NCBI GenBank assembly: GCA_002839375.1
Contig: PGXY01000004.1
Span: 277,817 to 341,816, forward strand
From: Spirochaetae bacterium HGW-Spirochaetae-1
GTDB lineage: Bacteria > Spirochaetota > UBA4802 > UBA5550
Direction: 5' to 3'
Length of the DNA stretch: 64,000 nt
Position 1 is the stretch's first letter; the number at the start of each line of letters is the position of its first letter. Under the pieces are notes generated by a model, which was not told the origin of the DNA, did not search any database, and saw nothing but the letters and a program-made list of their open reading frames with translations. The position numbers and the translations under genes are program-made. Of this stretch, positions 8,326 to 18,910 are shown one piece after another.

Positions 8326-9013
8326 GTTTTTGCTTCTCCGCGATCCATTTCGCCAACTCGTAGTCAAAGGTCGTGGTTATTTTGAAATTTTCCGGACTTC
8401 CCTGGACAGCCGCAACGGCGGAGCCTGAACTCATGACCAGGGACACGTCGTCCGTGGCCGTGCCGCTGCCGGAACTGCGGGCCAGGTCGTGGGCGTGCCT
8501 GATAACACCGTACCTGAAGGCCTGGGGTGTCTGGGTTTGATAGAGGTACTGCCGGGGCGGGATGGCTCTGACCCTGGTATCGATTATTTCCGTAATGGTG
8601 TCCGTTGCCGGGATATATACACCGCAGGCCCCGGTATTCCGGGCCTCCTGTATGCAATTGGCGATGATTTCGACCGTCACAAAGGGACGCGCCGCGTCAT
8701 GGAAGAGGAGTATATCGTTGTCGTGAAAATCATGGCAGTTCAGCGCGTTCCAGGCCGATTCCTGGCGCGTGGCTCCGCCGGCCGTGATTTTCAGGACCTT
8801 GGGTTCAGGGCACGCCGCCACATGGTCTTTCATCCAGGGGATACGCTCCCGGGGACACACGATGATGATATGGTCAATTTCCCGTACTGCGGAGAAGGCG
8901 TCCATGGACCAGCGGATTACGGGTTTATCTCCCAGGGGGAGAAACTGTTTGGGGGTTTCGGCGCCGAGGCGGGTTCCCTGCCCGCCGGCCAGGATGATGG
9001 CATGGATGGTCAT
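8318..9013 (-). CDS. ispD: 2-C-methyl-D-erythritol 4-phosphate cytidylyltransferase (IspD/TarI family)
   Basis: ILAGGQGTRLG, PKQFL, GGATRQES, HDAARPF, QTPQAF, TDD and NFKITT motifs. Confidence 0.9.
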   Translation of the reverse strand: MTIHAIILAGGQGTRLGAETPKQFLPLGDKPVIRWSMDAFSAVREIDHIIIVCPRERIPWMKDHVAACPEPKVLKITAGGATRQESAWNALNCHDFHDNDILLFHDAARPFVTVEIIANCIQEARNTGACGVYIPATDTITEIIDTRVRAIPPRQYLYQTQTPQAFRYGVIRHAHDLARSSGSGTATDDVSLVMSSGSAVAAVQGSPENFKITTTFDYELAKWIAEKQKRG

Positions 9014-9319
9014 GTGTTTTCTTCCCGGAAAAATGATTTTTTAGGCACCTCCATATAATGATGTATGGAGGCGCCCTTATTGAAGTAGTATGAAGTGTAT
9101 TGAAAAAAGTAAAGAAATAAAACGATGCTGAAATCAGTAACCTCATGATTGACGGTGAAGAATCAGCTGAATTTGCCGGATAGAAAAATTGATTGACCTG
9201 ATGGGAATAATGACAATATGAGTATGGATTATGACGTGAGGATATATACTCGGAAACACGGCATTTCCCGGGAAAACCGGGAATTCCATACCTAAATACC
9301 CTTTGCAGAATGAGTAACA

Positions 9320-10384
9320 ATGAAAAAAGCCCTTATTACCGGCATTACCGGCCAGGACGGTTCTTATCTCGCGGAATTACTCCTTGAAAAAGGATACGAG
9401 GTTCACGGCGTTGTCCGGCGAAGCTCTTCTTTTAACCGGGAAAGGATCGAACCCCTGTATCTGACCACGCTGATACAGGACAGTCATATCTATAATAAAC
9501 TGCAGCTGCATTACGGTGATATGACCGATTCAAGCAACCTGATCAGGCTTGTCCAGACCGTTCAGCCCCATGAGATATATAACCTGGCAGCGCAGTCCCA
9601 TGTGAAGGTCTCTTTCGATGTTCCGGAATACACGGCCGATACGGACGGCCTTGGTACGCTGCGTCTTCTCGAAGCTGTCCGGTTGCTGAACCTCGAGAAA
9701 GAGACGCGCATCTACCAGGCGTCAACATCGGAACTGTTCGGCAAAGTGCAGGAGGTTCCCCAGAGCGAGAACACGCCTTTCTATCCACGGAGCCCCTACG
9801 GTGTGGCGAAACTCTATGCCTACTGGATCGTGAAAAATTATCGCGAGGCCTACGGCATGCATGCCAGCAATGGCATTCTTTTTAATCATGAATCGGAACG
9901 CCGCGGTGAAAATTTCGTGACAAGGAAAATAAGCCTGGCTGCGGCGCGCATATCCCTGGGTATGCAGAAAAAGCTGTATCTCGGCAACCTCGATGCAAAA
10001 CGCGACTGGGGATACGCCCGGGACTATGTTGAATGCATGTGGCTCATGCTGCGTCAGGACGAGTCGGACGATTATGTCGTGGCTACGGGAGAGACTCATT
10101 CCGTCAGGGAATTTGTCACCCTGGCCTTCAGTGAGGCAGGGATCGATCTGGAATGGAAAGGCCAGGGAGTTGATGAAAAGGGAATCAACAGGGCTAACGG
10201 CGATACATTGATTGAAATTGATCCCGCCTACTTCAGGCCTGCCGAGGTTGATATTTTGGTGGGAGACGCATCAAAGGCCAGACAGCGCCTGGGATGGGTG
10301 CCGAAAACAACCTTTGGAGATTTATGCCGGATAATGGTGGCCGCTGATATGAGGAAATGTACCGATGAGCAAAAGATCCGGTAA
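9320..10384 (+). CDS. gmd: GDP-mannose 4,6-dehydratase
   Basis: [63 protein letters not shown]. Confidence 0.97.
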   Translation: MKKALITGITGQDGSYLAELLLEKGYEVHGVVRRSSSFNRERIEPLYLTTLIQDSHIYNKLQLHYGDMTDSSNLIRLVQTVQPHEIYNLAAQSHVKVSFDVPEYTADTDGLGTLRLLEAVRLLNLEKETRIYQASTSELFGKVQEVPQSENTPFYPRSPYGVAKLYAYWIVKNYREAYGMHASNGILFNHESERRGENFVTRKISLAAARISLGMQKKLYLGNLDAKRDWGYARDYVECMWLMLRQDESDDYVVATGETHSVREFVTLAFSEAGIDLEWKGQGVDEKGINRANGDTLIEIDPAYFRPAEVDILVGDASKARQRLGWVPKTTFGDLCRIMVAADMRKCTDEQKIR

Positions 10385-11285
10385 AGTTCTCATCATTGGA
10401 ATTGACAGTTTCACCGGGGGGTATCTTGAGAGAGAACTTCTCTCCGCCGGTTATGACGTGAACGGAACGGTTTTTGGCGAATCCCCCGGAGAAAATTATT
10501 TTCAGTGTAATGTGAAGGACAGGGAACAGGTTGCCGGTGTGCTTCAGAAAACGGCTCCGGACTATATTATTAATCTCGTAGCGCAGTCCTTCGTAGCCCA
10601 TGATGACATGCGGGAGTTTTATGAGGTGAATCTTTTCGGAACCATAAATCTTCTCGATGCCATACTGGATACTGCCGGACAGGGACTACCGGCTAAAATC
10701 ATTTTAGCCAGTACTGCCAATGTGTATGGAAAAACCGCCTATGCCGTCCTTGATGAGAATATTTGTCCCAATCCCGTGAATCATTACGCCCTGAGCAAAT
10801 ATGCCATGGAAAAAATCGCCGCGAATTATTTTGACCGGCTTAATATAATGATAACCCGTCCTTTCAACTATACCGGCGTGGGACAGTCGGAGAAATTTAT
10901 CATCCCCAAAATCGTCGGGCATTTCCTTGAGAAAAAAGACATTATCGAGCTGGGGAATATGGACAGCGAACGGGATTTTTCCGATGTGCGTGACGTAGTC
11001 AGGGCTTACCGGGTTATAATGGAATCGGACCTGAATTCCGGGATTATAAATATCTGTTCTTCCAGGACCATAAGCATATCCAGAATTCTGGAACTGGCCC
11101 GGGCATATTCCCATCATGATATAAAAATAGCCGTGAACAATTCATTCAAAAGGCGGAGCGATATCCGGAGCCTGAGGGGCGACAACGGCAAGCTTAGACA
11201 GCTTGGCTACGTAAGTCAATATACGATTGAAGATACCATCGCATGGATGCTTTCCGGGGAGCAGAAGAATGCCGGTGATAATTAA
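10365..11285 (+). CDS. GDP-4-keto-6-deoxy-D-mannose reductase-like NAD-dependent epimerase/dehydratase (Rmd/Tld-like)
   Basis: [26 protein letters not shown] and RDFSDVRD motifs; overlaps gmd. Confidence 0.8.
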   Translation: MSKRSGKVLIIGIDSFTGGYLERELLSAGYDVNGTVFGESPGENYFQCNVKDREQVAGVLQKTAPDYIINLVAQSFVAHDDMREFYEVNLFGTINLLDAILDTAGQGLPAKIILASTANVYGKTAYAVLDENICPNPVNHYALSKYAMEKIAANYFDRLNIMITRPFNYTGVGQSEKFIIPKIVGHFLEKKDIIELGNMDSERDFSDVRDVVRAYRVIMESDLNSGIINICSSRTISISRILELARAYSHHDIKIAVNNSFKRRSDIRSLRGDNGKLRQLGYVSQYTIEDTIAWMLSGEQKNAGDN

Positions 11286-11877
11286 AAGTACGAATATCGC
11301 CAAAAAATTCAACCGCATGACCCTTTTCCGGGATATTTCTTTCTCTCTTTCCGCGGGCCAGTCCCTGTCCCTGACGGGGCGCAACGGTTCGGGAAAATCC
11401 ACACTGCTCAAAATAATTGCCGGTATCACCAGTCCTTCGTCGGGTTCCATGACCTATGCATTGAACGGTGCTGCCCTGGGGCGATATGATTTTTTCAGCC
11501 ATATAGGTTTTATCAGTCCCGTCATGAATGTTTATGAGGAACTCACGGGACTGGAAAATCTTCGGTTTGTCGGCGGGGTAAAGGACGATGATAGAAGCCT
11601 TGCCTTACTGGACAGGTTTGAGCTCCGGGGTCATGAGAACAAACCGGTTCGGCTCTATTCCTCGGGGATGAAGCAGCGGCTGAAACTGGCCTGCTGTCTT
11701 CTTAACGATCCTCCCGTACTCCTTCTCGATGAACCGGGCATGAACCTGGACCGGAAAGGCAGGGATATCATCTATTCATACCTGGATTCCGTCAGGGAAG
11801 ACAGGATAATCATCATCGCAACCAATGAAAATGAAGAGGCCGCACTGTGCCGGGGGAGGATCGACCTTGATCACTGA
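11269..11877 (+). CDS. ccmA: Heme exporter ATP-binding subunit CcmA
   Basis: Walker A GRNGSGKST, YSSGMKQR, LLLDEP; first gene of the ccm cluster. Confidence 0.88.
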   Translation: MPVIIKSTNIAKKFNRMTLFRDISFSLSAGQSLSLTGRNGSGKSTLLKIIAGITSPSSGSMTYALNGAALGRYDFFSHIGFISPVMNVYEELTGLENLRFVGGVKDDDRSLALLDRFELRGHENKPVRLYSSGMKQRLKLACCLLNDPPVLLLDEPGMNLDRKGRDIIYSYLDSVREDRIIIIATNENEEAALCRGRIDLDH

Positions 11878-12529
11878 TGTGCTGCGTCAGTTGAAAAAAG
11901 ACTTCCTTGTTGAATTTCGCAGCCGTGCTGCCGTGAATACGGCCCTGGCCTTCGCCGGCATCATCACCCTTTCCATAAGCCTGGCTGCAGGCGGAACGCC
12001 TTTTTCAGCACTGGTTCAGGCCGTATTTCTCTGGATCATCCTGTTTTTCAGCGCCATGAACGGGCTGCTTCATATTTTTACCCGCGAGGAAGAGGAGCAG
12101 ACATCGCTGTTCCTGAGCCTCAACGTTCAGGCTGAAGCGGTCTACCTGGCCAAACTTGTCTTCAACATCACCTTTTTTCTTGTCATTGAAATGGTTACCT
12201 GTCCGCTTTTTATTTTCTTCCTGCAGGTAACGGTGATGGATCTCATCCTGTTTGTCATGACCGTGCTTTCGGGCGGGCTCGCCCTTGCATCGGCGGTAAC
12301 CATGCTGGCGGCAATGACTGCACGGGCCGGGGGCAAGGGAGCGCTTTTTACGGTCATATCCTTTCCCGTTGTTCTTCCTGTTATATGGGTCAGCATCGGC
12401 GCCACTGTGGAGTCGCTCCAGGGGGCTTCCGGGGATGCGTGGAACAGCGTGGTTTTTTTACTTGCATTTTCCGGTGCTGTCACGGCTATATCGTTTCTAT
12501 TATTCCGATATGTGTGGTACGATGAATGA
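11867..12529 (+). CDS. ccmB: Heme exporter permease CcmB
   Basis: TTG start after GGAGGA; KDF.VEFRSR, F.REEE and LF.VISFPVVLP motifs; multi-TM. Confidence 0.88.
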   Translation: MITDVLRQLKKDFLVEFRSRAAVNTALAFAGIITLSISLAAGGTPFSALVQAVFLWIILFFSAMNGLLHIFTREEEEQTSLFLSLNVQAEAVYLAKLVFNITFFLVIEMVTCPLFIFFLQVTVMDLILFVMTVLSGGLALASAVTMLAAMTARAGGKGALFTVISFPVVLPVIWVSIGATVESLQGASGDAWNSVVFLLAFSGAVTAISFLLFRYVWYDE

Positions 12530-13203
12530 AAACAGGAAGACTGGTTTACCTATTCATGCCCGCGGCCATTATCATGGCCTTCTTATATGCTCCTCCGGCG
12601 GCAGGTCTCGGTGAGGCCAGCAGGATAGTATATTTTCATGTTCCCCTTGCCTGGGGTTCCGTACTGGCCTTCGCGGTCTCGGGGATTTTTTCCATCAGGT
12701 ATCTTTTCGGCAGTAACGGAAGCGAGGCGATGCTCGATATGAAAGCCCATCACTCCGCCGGCATCGGGCTTACCTTTACCGTGCTGGCCATTATATCCGG
12801 ATCGATCTGGGCTAAAATGAGCTGGGGAAGCTACTGGAACTGGGACCCGCGTGAAACTTCCATCGTTATTCTGTTACTGATATACATTTCCTATTTTGCT
12901 CTTTTCGGTGCCATGAGCGACAACGGGAATCGCGGAAGAATATCCTCGGTTTACCTGATACTTGTCATGGTGATTGTACCGTTCTTTATTTTCGTTGTGC
13001 CGAGAGTATATCCGTCTCTTCACCCCGATCCCATAATTAACGCGGAAAAGAAAATGAATATGGATATAAAAATGCGGATGACTCTCCTGGTTTCGACCGT
13101 GTCATTTACGCTGCTCTATGTTTATTTCATGGGAATGAGAAACAGGCTGATGGGAATTGAGCAAAAGATTGATGAAAAGATTGAGAACAGGCGAGAGATG
13201 TAA
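12526..13203 (+). CDS. ccmC: Heme exporter/cytochrome c biogenesis protein CcmC
   Basis: YFHVPLAW, WWD motif GSIWAKMSWGSYWNWDPRET, SLHP. Confidence 0.93.
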   Translation: MKTGRLVYLFMPAAIIMAFLYAPPAAGLGEASRIVYFHVPLAWGSVLAFAVSGIFSIRYLFGSNGSEAMLDMKAHHSAGIGLTFTVLAIISGSIWAKMSWGSYWNWDPRETSIVILLLIYISYFALFGAMSDNGNRGRISSVYLILVMVIVPFFIFVVPRVYPSLHPDPIINAEKKMNMDIKMRMTLLVSTVSFTLLYVYFMGMRNRLMGIEQKIDEKIENRREM

Positions 13204-13205
13204 CT

Positions 13206-13535
13206 ATGAATAAATTATCAATGGCAATAGCAATCTGTTTATTAATGGCCGGTTCACTTGTACCGCGGGTAAACCAGGTAACCGATGGAAAAATATCAGC
13301 ATCAGCGCCGCAGTATTCCCTGGTGTATGCCGGTGAAAAGGATCTCCGGATTGCCGGTGATTCTTACAAGAAGGACGGCGGGAATGACATGAAGAAGAAC
13401 GACGATCGCGGCGGAGACGGCGTTCTCTACCGGGTTATGGCTATTGTCCTTGTTATATGGATGGGGCTTGCCCTGTATCTTTTCCGCATGGACCGGAAAA
13501 TTGTAAAACTGGAGAAGGACCTCAATGAACGTTAA
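13206..13535 (+). CDS. ccmD: CcmD family protein with N-terminal signal-like extension
   Basis: C-terminal YRVMAIVLVIWMGLALYLFRMDRKIVKLEK; lies between ccmC and ccmE. Confidence 0.75.
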   Translation: MNKLSMAIAICLLMAGSLVPRVNQVTDGKISASAPQYSLVYAGEKDLRIAGDSYKKDGGNDMKKNDDRGGDGVLYRVMAIVLVIWMGLALYLFRMDRKIVKLEKDLNER

Positions 13536-13917
13536 GCGTATTGTTATTTTTCTCGCTGCCGTCGCCCTGCTTATCACCGGTATCGTGGTTCTCAGCGACG
13601 ACATCATGTCTCCCTACGTGCCCTTTGACGAGGCGAAAAAGAAGGCCGGGACGTATGTACAGATCATCGGCTCTCTTGATAAGGCTGTTCCCGTGGTGCA
13701 TGGAGAAGGGAAGTACATGTTTACTATGGTCGACAAAGAGAATGGAAGCATGAGAGTCGTCCATGGTGACGTAAAACCCCTCAATTTTGAGCATGCCGAA
13801 CAAATAGTCGTACTGGGCAGGTTCAGTACTGCGGGAAATATCTTTGAAGCGGACAAGATCCTGGTAAAATGTCCGTCCAAATACAACAAAGATCCGAAAC
13901 AGTCCGTCAACGAATAA
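13525..13917 (+). CDS. ccmE: Heme chaperone CcmE, CxxxY variant
   Basis: N-terminal TM; FEADKILVKCPSKY. Confidence 0.92.
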   Translation: MNVKRIVIFLAAVALLITGIVVLSDDIMSPYVPFDEAKKKAGTYVQIIGSLDKAVPVVHGEGKYMFTMVDKENGSMRVVHGDVKPLNFEHAEQIVVLGRFSTAGNIFEADKILVKCPSKYNKDPKQSVNE

Positions 13918-13938
13918 TATATCATGAGGTAGGAACCG

Positions 13939-16122
13939 ATGAATCTAGGATTTGTGCTGCTCATTTTTGTCCTGACCGTTTCACTGATTATACTGTTTTT
14001 TCTGGCCCGCAGCGCCTCGGGGAACATGTTCAATCTGGTGACTTCACGGCAGCTTTTTTATCTTACGACCATCCTTCTTTTTTTCGCCCTGATGTTTCTC
14101 CTCAGCGCTTTTCTCAATGATGAGTTCAAGTATCTCTATGTATACCAGAACTCATCGCGCAGTCTTTCCCCGATATATAAATTAGCCGCGGTCTGGGCCG
14201 GCAAGGAAGGGAGTTTTCTTCTCTGGGCCTTTATTCTGAATATAACCGGCGTTATCGTAACCCGCACGGAACATAAAAACGAAAATATCATCATGTCCGT
14301 CATAACCGTGACGCAGATTTTTATTCTGCTTCTGCTTATTGCCGAATCACCCTTCCGGTTCATATGGGACGCTTATCCTGAACACTTCAAGCAGGGCATC
14401 GTACCTATGGGCCTGGACGGCGAGGGCATGAATCCCCTTCTCATCGATCCCTGGATGGTGGTGCATCCGCCCGTGCTCTTCCTTGGATATGCTACGGCCA
14501 CGGTACCCTTCGGATACGCCATTGCCGCACTGCTGAAGAAAGAATATAAGGAATGGATCAAACCGGCCTATCCCTGGGTCCTTTTCAGCATGGTGACACT
14601 GGGAGTGGGCATTTTTCTGGGCGGCTACTGGGCATACAAGGTCCTGGGCTGGGGAGGCTTCTGGGGCTGGGACCCCGTTGAAAATTCATCGCTCATACCC
14701 TGGCTCGTCGTAGTGGCCCTCATGCATGGCATGTTTATTCAGAAGCGCAAGGGCGCCCTGGTGAAGACCAATATTATTCTGGCGATGGCCTATTTTATTC
14801 TCGTGTTCTACAGCACCTTTCTGACTAGGAGCGGCGTACTTTCTAATTTTTCCGTTCATTCCTTCGGGGCAGGGGGCATATCGGGCTATCTCCTGTATTT
14901 TATCATCTTCTACCTGTTCATAAGCGTTTTTCTCATAGTTAAAGGATATAAGGAAATTCAATCAACGGCACTGAGCAATCGGATCTGGACATGGGAAAAC
15001 CTTACTATTTACGGACTCATGACACTGGTCATATACTCTCTCATTATTCTGGCGGGAACATCCATGCCCATTATATCGGGCCTCTTCGTGGAAAATCCCA
15101 CGGCCGTGACGGAGCGTTTCTATAACAACCTGTCGGTTCCCCTGGGCCTGCTTATCATGGGACTCATGGTGGCCGCTACCATCGCTGCCCAGGGACAGCA
15201 TTTTCAGAAGCGGGCGGCCATAATACTTGCCGTCGCGGCGCTGCTCCTGGCCCTGGTCTTTAACGCCGGGACGACATTCAACCCCGTGGCCTATATCTTT
15301 ACCGCCGTGGCCCTGTTCATGGTCTTCAGCTATCTTTCTGATATGGTCCGATTTAAGATCAGGCTTGTTCTGGCCTCACGGCTGACTCATCTGGGAGTGG
15401 GGATTTTTATCATCGGTGTCATCGCATCGGGATATCATTCCACGACATTTCAGAAAGAGCTGGAAATCGGGAAGGAGGAACTGGTGGGTCCCGTGGCCCT
15501 GACCTTCACGGGATTCAACGAAGGTGAGAAATCCAGCGTTTCCTTCACCATCAGGGAAAGCAGCGGCACGAAAGATTTTAAAACGGATTACTATGTAACG
15601 GAAAAAACCAATTCTCTGTACCGCGAGCCTTATATTATGAGCGGACTGTTCGGCGATATCTATATAACCCCCCAGGAATATCATTCCGGTATAACAGCCA
15701 TATCCCTGGTAAATCTTTCCAAGGGTGAGGAGAAAAAGATCGGGGATCTCACGGTGAAATTCATTGGATTCAGAACCGAGGGTATGACCGAGGGTATGAC
15801 CGCCGGTATGCCCGTGGTGTATACCGATCTGGAAATCAACGGCCAGAGAGTATCGCCGGGCTTTAAAATAGTCGAGGGGCACCGTCATCCGATAGATGCG
15901 AAAATTCCCGGCAGCGGAAGGGTTGTAACATTGCGGCAGGTTGATGTGAACAGCCGTGCCGTGGAGCTTTTCATCGATCCGGGTAAGAATACAACGGTTC
16001 CGCCCGATTCCATCATAGTTGATCTTTCGGTCAAGCGCATGATATGGCTGGTATGGGCCGGGACAGTGCTCATCGCCCTGGGAGGGATTGTAACCCTGGT
16101 TCAGCGCGCCGGTAAAGATTGA
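13939..16122 (+). CDS. ccmF: Cytochrome c heme lyase CcmF
   Basis: WAGKEGSFLLW, GMNPLL...HPP, WAYKVLGWGGFWGWDPVEN, TFLTRSG...SVHSF. Confidence 0.95.
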   Translation: MNLGFVLLIFVLTVSLIILFFLARSASGNMFNLVTSRQLFYLTTILLFFALMFLLSAFLNDEFKYLYVYQNSSRSLSPIYKLAAVWAGKEGSFLLWAFILNITGVIVTRTEHKNENIIMSVITVTQIFILLLLIAESPFRFIWDAYPEHFKQGIVPMGLDGEGMNPLLIDPWMVVHPPVLFLGYATATVPFGYAIAALLKKEYKEWIKPAYPWVLFSMVTLGVGIFLGGYWAYKVLGWGGFWGWDPVENSSLIPWLVVVALMHGMFIQKRKGALVKTNIILAMAYFILVFYSTFLTRSGVLSNFSVHSFGAGGISGYLLYFIIFYLFISVFLIVKGYKEIQSTALSNRIWTWENLTIYGLMTLVIYSLIILAGTSMPIISGLFVENPTAVTERFYNNLSVPLGLLIMGLMVAATIAAQGQHFQKRAAIILAVAALLLALVFNAGTTFNPVAYIFTAVALFMVFSYLSDMVRFKIRLVLASRLTHLGVGIFIIGVIASGYHSTTFQKELEIGKEELVGPVALTFTGFNEGEKSSVSFTIRESSGTKDFKTDYYVTEKTNSLYREPYIMSGLFGDIYITPQEYHSGITAISLVNLSKGEEKKIGDLTVKFIGFRTEGMTEGMTAGMPVVYTDLEINGQRVSPGFKIVEGHRHPIDAKIPGSGRVVTLRQVDVNSRAVELFIDPGKNTTVPPDSIIVDLSVKRMIWLVWAGTVLIALGGIVTLVQRAGKD

Positions 16123-16247
16123 ATACTGTTTAACATCTTTTCAAATATGAACAGGGCCTATTAGATCATTGACAAAAAATATCAGTCTATTCTCCTTAGT
16201 AAAAAGCCCAATCAGGCTCTTTAAATGGGGAGAAAACCGATATAACC

Positions 16248-17534
16248 ATGAATATTATCGTAATAGCCTTTCTTCTTACGGCATTTTTTCTTTTTGAATC
16301 TGCCTTTACCGTGTACAGGCTGCATCGAGATGCTGCACTGAACCGGGTCTGCGCTTTGCTGCTTATGCTTTTTACTGTTTTATGTGTTATATTCGCTCTT
16401 TTTGTATCGGAGCGGAGCCATGATGCGGCATGGATGCTGTCAAAATTTTCCGTAATACTCTCGTGTTTTGTGGGGAGTATCACCCTGCATTTTCTTCTTC
16501 TCCTGGGAGGATATGAATCCCTGAAGGGGAAAAAAATACTCATAGCCCTTTTATATGTTCCCGCGGTTGTTCTGGCAATTTACGCTGTCATGCATAATCT
16601 CGTTGTTGTCGATGTTTATCTCACCGGTTTCGGATGGGATAACCGGCCCCGTTCAGAGCTGACGGTATGGGACGCGGTGTATTTTCTTTACAGTATGGGT
16701 TTTATCGCCGTGGGTATTGCCGTGGTTGTAGTGAAAAGTATTTTTTTTACTGTAGATGACCTGGCAAAAAAACAGAATTTAGCATTTATGAAGTTCAGCG
16801 GCGTGGGACTTTTCACGGTTATCATTTCCTCTTTGTTCCTGACATATCTCTACAACGATACATCACCTGATGTTATGATACTGGTATCGGATTTGTCGCA
16901 GGCAGGCTTCCTCATGGTATGGCTTGTCGGCCTGAGATATGTAATGTGGAAATATAAACTGCTTGTTGTGCTTCCCTCCTGTCATACCGGAGAACTCCTG
17001 TCGGGATTAAGCACGCCGATTTTGCTGATCGACGGCCGGGAAGAAATCATTTTTGCCAATAAAGAGGCGCTCAATATAATTTCCCCCGAACCTGAGAACA
17101 ATGAAGCTGTTGTAGGTCTATCCCTGAAGAAACTGATGGATAATTTCACGGCCCTGGAAGGTGAATATGAGAAAATTACCGGCGGCATGACCTCGCATCT
17201 GACGTGTACTGTCAGGTTTAATCTCGGCGATGAAAAGAGAAAAAGCGGCTATTTCCAGGTGCAGATGTATCCCATTCGGAATGAAGGCAACTATTATATC
17301 GGCAGCCTTATTATTATCAATCCGTCACCGGGTTTTTCTTTTCTCCGTTCCCAGTACGCTCTTACGGACCGGGAAATGGAAATAGTCCGGTTCTTAGACC
17401 AGGGTCTGAGCGCTCCGGCTATTGGCGGGCTTCTCTCCGTATCGGAACTGACGGTAAAGACCCATATCCACAACATATATCAAAAGACCGGTGCAAAGAA
17501 CAGGATCGGTCTTTCCCACCTGATCCGCAATTAG
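16248..17534 (+). CDS. Membrane-bound one-component regulator (7TM sensor-PAS-like-LuxR HTH)
   Basis: About 7 TM helices, PAS-like segment, C-terminal LTDREMEIV...SELTVKTHIHNIYQKTG. Confidence 0.85.
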   Translation: MNIIVIAFLLTAFFLFESAFTVYRLHRDAALNRVCALLLMLFTVLCVIFALFVSERSHDAAWMLSKFSVILSCFVGSITLHFLLLLGGYESLKGKKILIALLYVPAVVLAIYAVMHNLVVVDVYLTGFGWDNRPRSELTVWDAVYFLYSMGFIAVGIAVVVVKSIFFTVDDLAKKQNLAFMKFSGVGLFTVIISSLFLTYLYNDTSPDVMILVSDLSQAGFLMVWLVGLRYVMWKYKLLVVLPSCHTGELLSGLSTPILLIDGREEIIFANKEALNIISPEPENNEAVVGLSLKKLMDNFTALEGEYEKITGGMTSHLTCTVRFNLGDEKRKSGYFQVQMYPIRNEGNYYIGSLIIINPSPGFSFLRSQYALTDREMEIVRFLDQGLSAPAIGGLLSVSELTVKTHIHNIYQKTGAKNRIGLSHLIRN

Positions 17535-17548
17535 TACGCCACTTTGTA

Positions 17549-17610
17549 TACATCGATCGGTGTAGAAGGAATTAAAAAAATAAATCTCTGAAACTACACC
17601 GTTCGATGGA
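17549..17610. promoter_or_regulatory. Pair of quasi-palindromic boxes, candidate LuxR-family operators
   Basis: TACATCGATCGGTGTAG (17549-17565) and CTACACCGTTCGATGGA (17594-17610), 15/17 identical as inverted repeats. Confidence 0.55.
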
Positions 17611-17707
17611 TTTACGATCCTCCCTTTTAAGTTACATTAATCATGAAAAAACAAAAGACCATGCTTCGGAATCGTACTAACGGCGCATGATCATTACTAT
17701 GGAGGAT

Positions 17708-18847
17708 ATGATGTTTTTTAAAAACTTTTACATGATCAGGTTGTCTCTTATTATGCTCATTTCTCTCTTCGCAGCGGGCTGCTTTCTTGATGATGAAGAG
17801 AATTTGGAGCTTGTTTTTGCTGATAATGTGGTAGTTATCGAGAATGATATTACCGTTCCGACAACCTGGGACAGCACCAAGGTGTATTATATCGAGTATA
17901 GAATGGGTGTGACCGCCTCGCTGACGATACCGGCCGGGACCGTTATCAAGTTTGGACGGGAGGGAGGTATCGATATAGATGCAACGGGAACGATTAACGC
18001 TGTCGGAACAGCGGGTCAACCTATTATCTTTACGTCTGTTAAGGACGACCGTTTCGGCGGTGATTCGATTCTTGACGGCGTAACCTCGGGATCAAGGGGT
18101 GACTGGGGTCAGCTCTGGTTTTCCTATGTGAACGGGTCAACCCTGAACTACTGCCAGTTTCATTTCGGCGGCAATGCCGGAACCGTGTCGGAATCGGTCA
18201 TCAATCTTTTCGGTGGCTCCAATGTCAGTATTACCAACTGTCTGTTTGCCTTTAATACCGGTTCGGGCAGTGATATGACGGGCGCTCTTGAAGCGAATGG
18301 TTCCGGGTCCGGAACAGTAATTACCGGCAATCGTTTCTACGGCAATATTTTGCCCCTCTCAATCAATGGGAACATGTCTCTCGATGACTCCAACAACTTT
18401 TCAAGCGTTGAAACTGATCCCAATACGGGGGAGCCCTTATTCATCAACACATACAATGGCGTTTTTATTGAAGTCAGCGATGGCATCGGTACGGTTGCAT
18501 GGCGCGAGACTGAAGTAGCCCTTGTACCGGCCACAAACAACACAATCCTGGTGAATGATAATGAAACGTTGACAATTGGAAACAATGTAGTAATGAAATT
18601 TCTTGATAGTGCTCATTTTGAATTTGATAGTAGTAACGGGGCATCCATCAATTATTCGGCGGGTGCGGTTGATTTTACCTCATACAAGGACGATTCTCGG
18701 CTGGGCGACACCAATGGGAACGGTGCAGCCAGTGCTCCCGATGCCGTAAATGGAAACTGGGACGGCGTATGGCGATGGAATTCAGGAACAGCGGAATGGG
18801 AAAGGTTATTTGTGACTGACTGCCAGTATCTAATTCCTCTTCCCTGA
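17708..18847 (+). CDS. Right-handed beta-helix lipoprotein
   Basis: Lipobox-like FAAGC; LTIPAGTVIKF; FTSxKDD..GD motif twice; Asn/Gly-rich coils. Confidence 0.75.
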   Translation: MMFFKNFYMIRLSLIMLISLFAAGCFLDDEENLELVFADNVVVIENDITVPTTWDSTKVYYIEYRMGVTASLTIPAGTVIKFGREGGIDIDATGTINAVGTAGQPIIFTSVKDDRFGGDSILDGVTSGSRGDWGQLWFSYVNGSTLNYCQFHFGGNAGTVSESVINLFGGSNVSITNCLFAFNTGSGSDMTGALEANGSGSGTVITGNRFYGNILPLSINGNMSLDDSNNFSSVETDPNTGEPLFINTYNGVFIEVSDGIGTVAWRETEVALVPATNNTILVNDNETLTIGNNVVMKFLDSAHFEFDSSNGASINYSAGAVDFTSYKDDSRLGDTNGNGAASAPDAVNGNWDGVWRWNSGTAEWERLFVTDCQYLIPLP

Positions 18848-18873
18848 TTATTCAAGAATTAAATTGATAATTT

Positions 18874-18910
18874 ATCGCCCGGGGATGCATTCCCGGGCGA
18901 TCCTGTTTTA
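18874..18910 (+). terminator. Probable intrinsic terminator
   Basis: ATCGCCCGGG-GATGCATT-CCCGGGCGAT followed by CCTGTTTT, just after a stop codon. Confidence 0.65.

Noticed and set aside
15775..15810. 12-bp tandem repeat in ccmF (TEGM-TEGM-TAGM)
   Set aside because: Small in-frame duplication in a loop; no sign of phase variation
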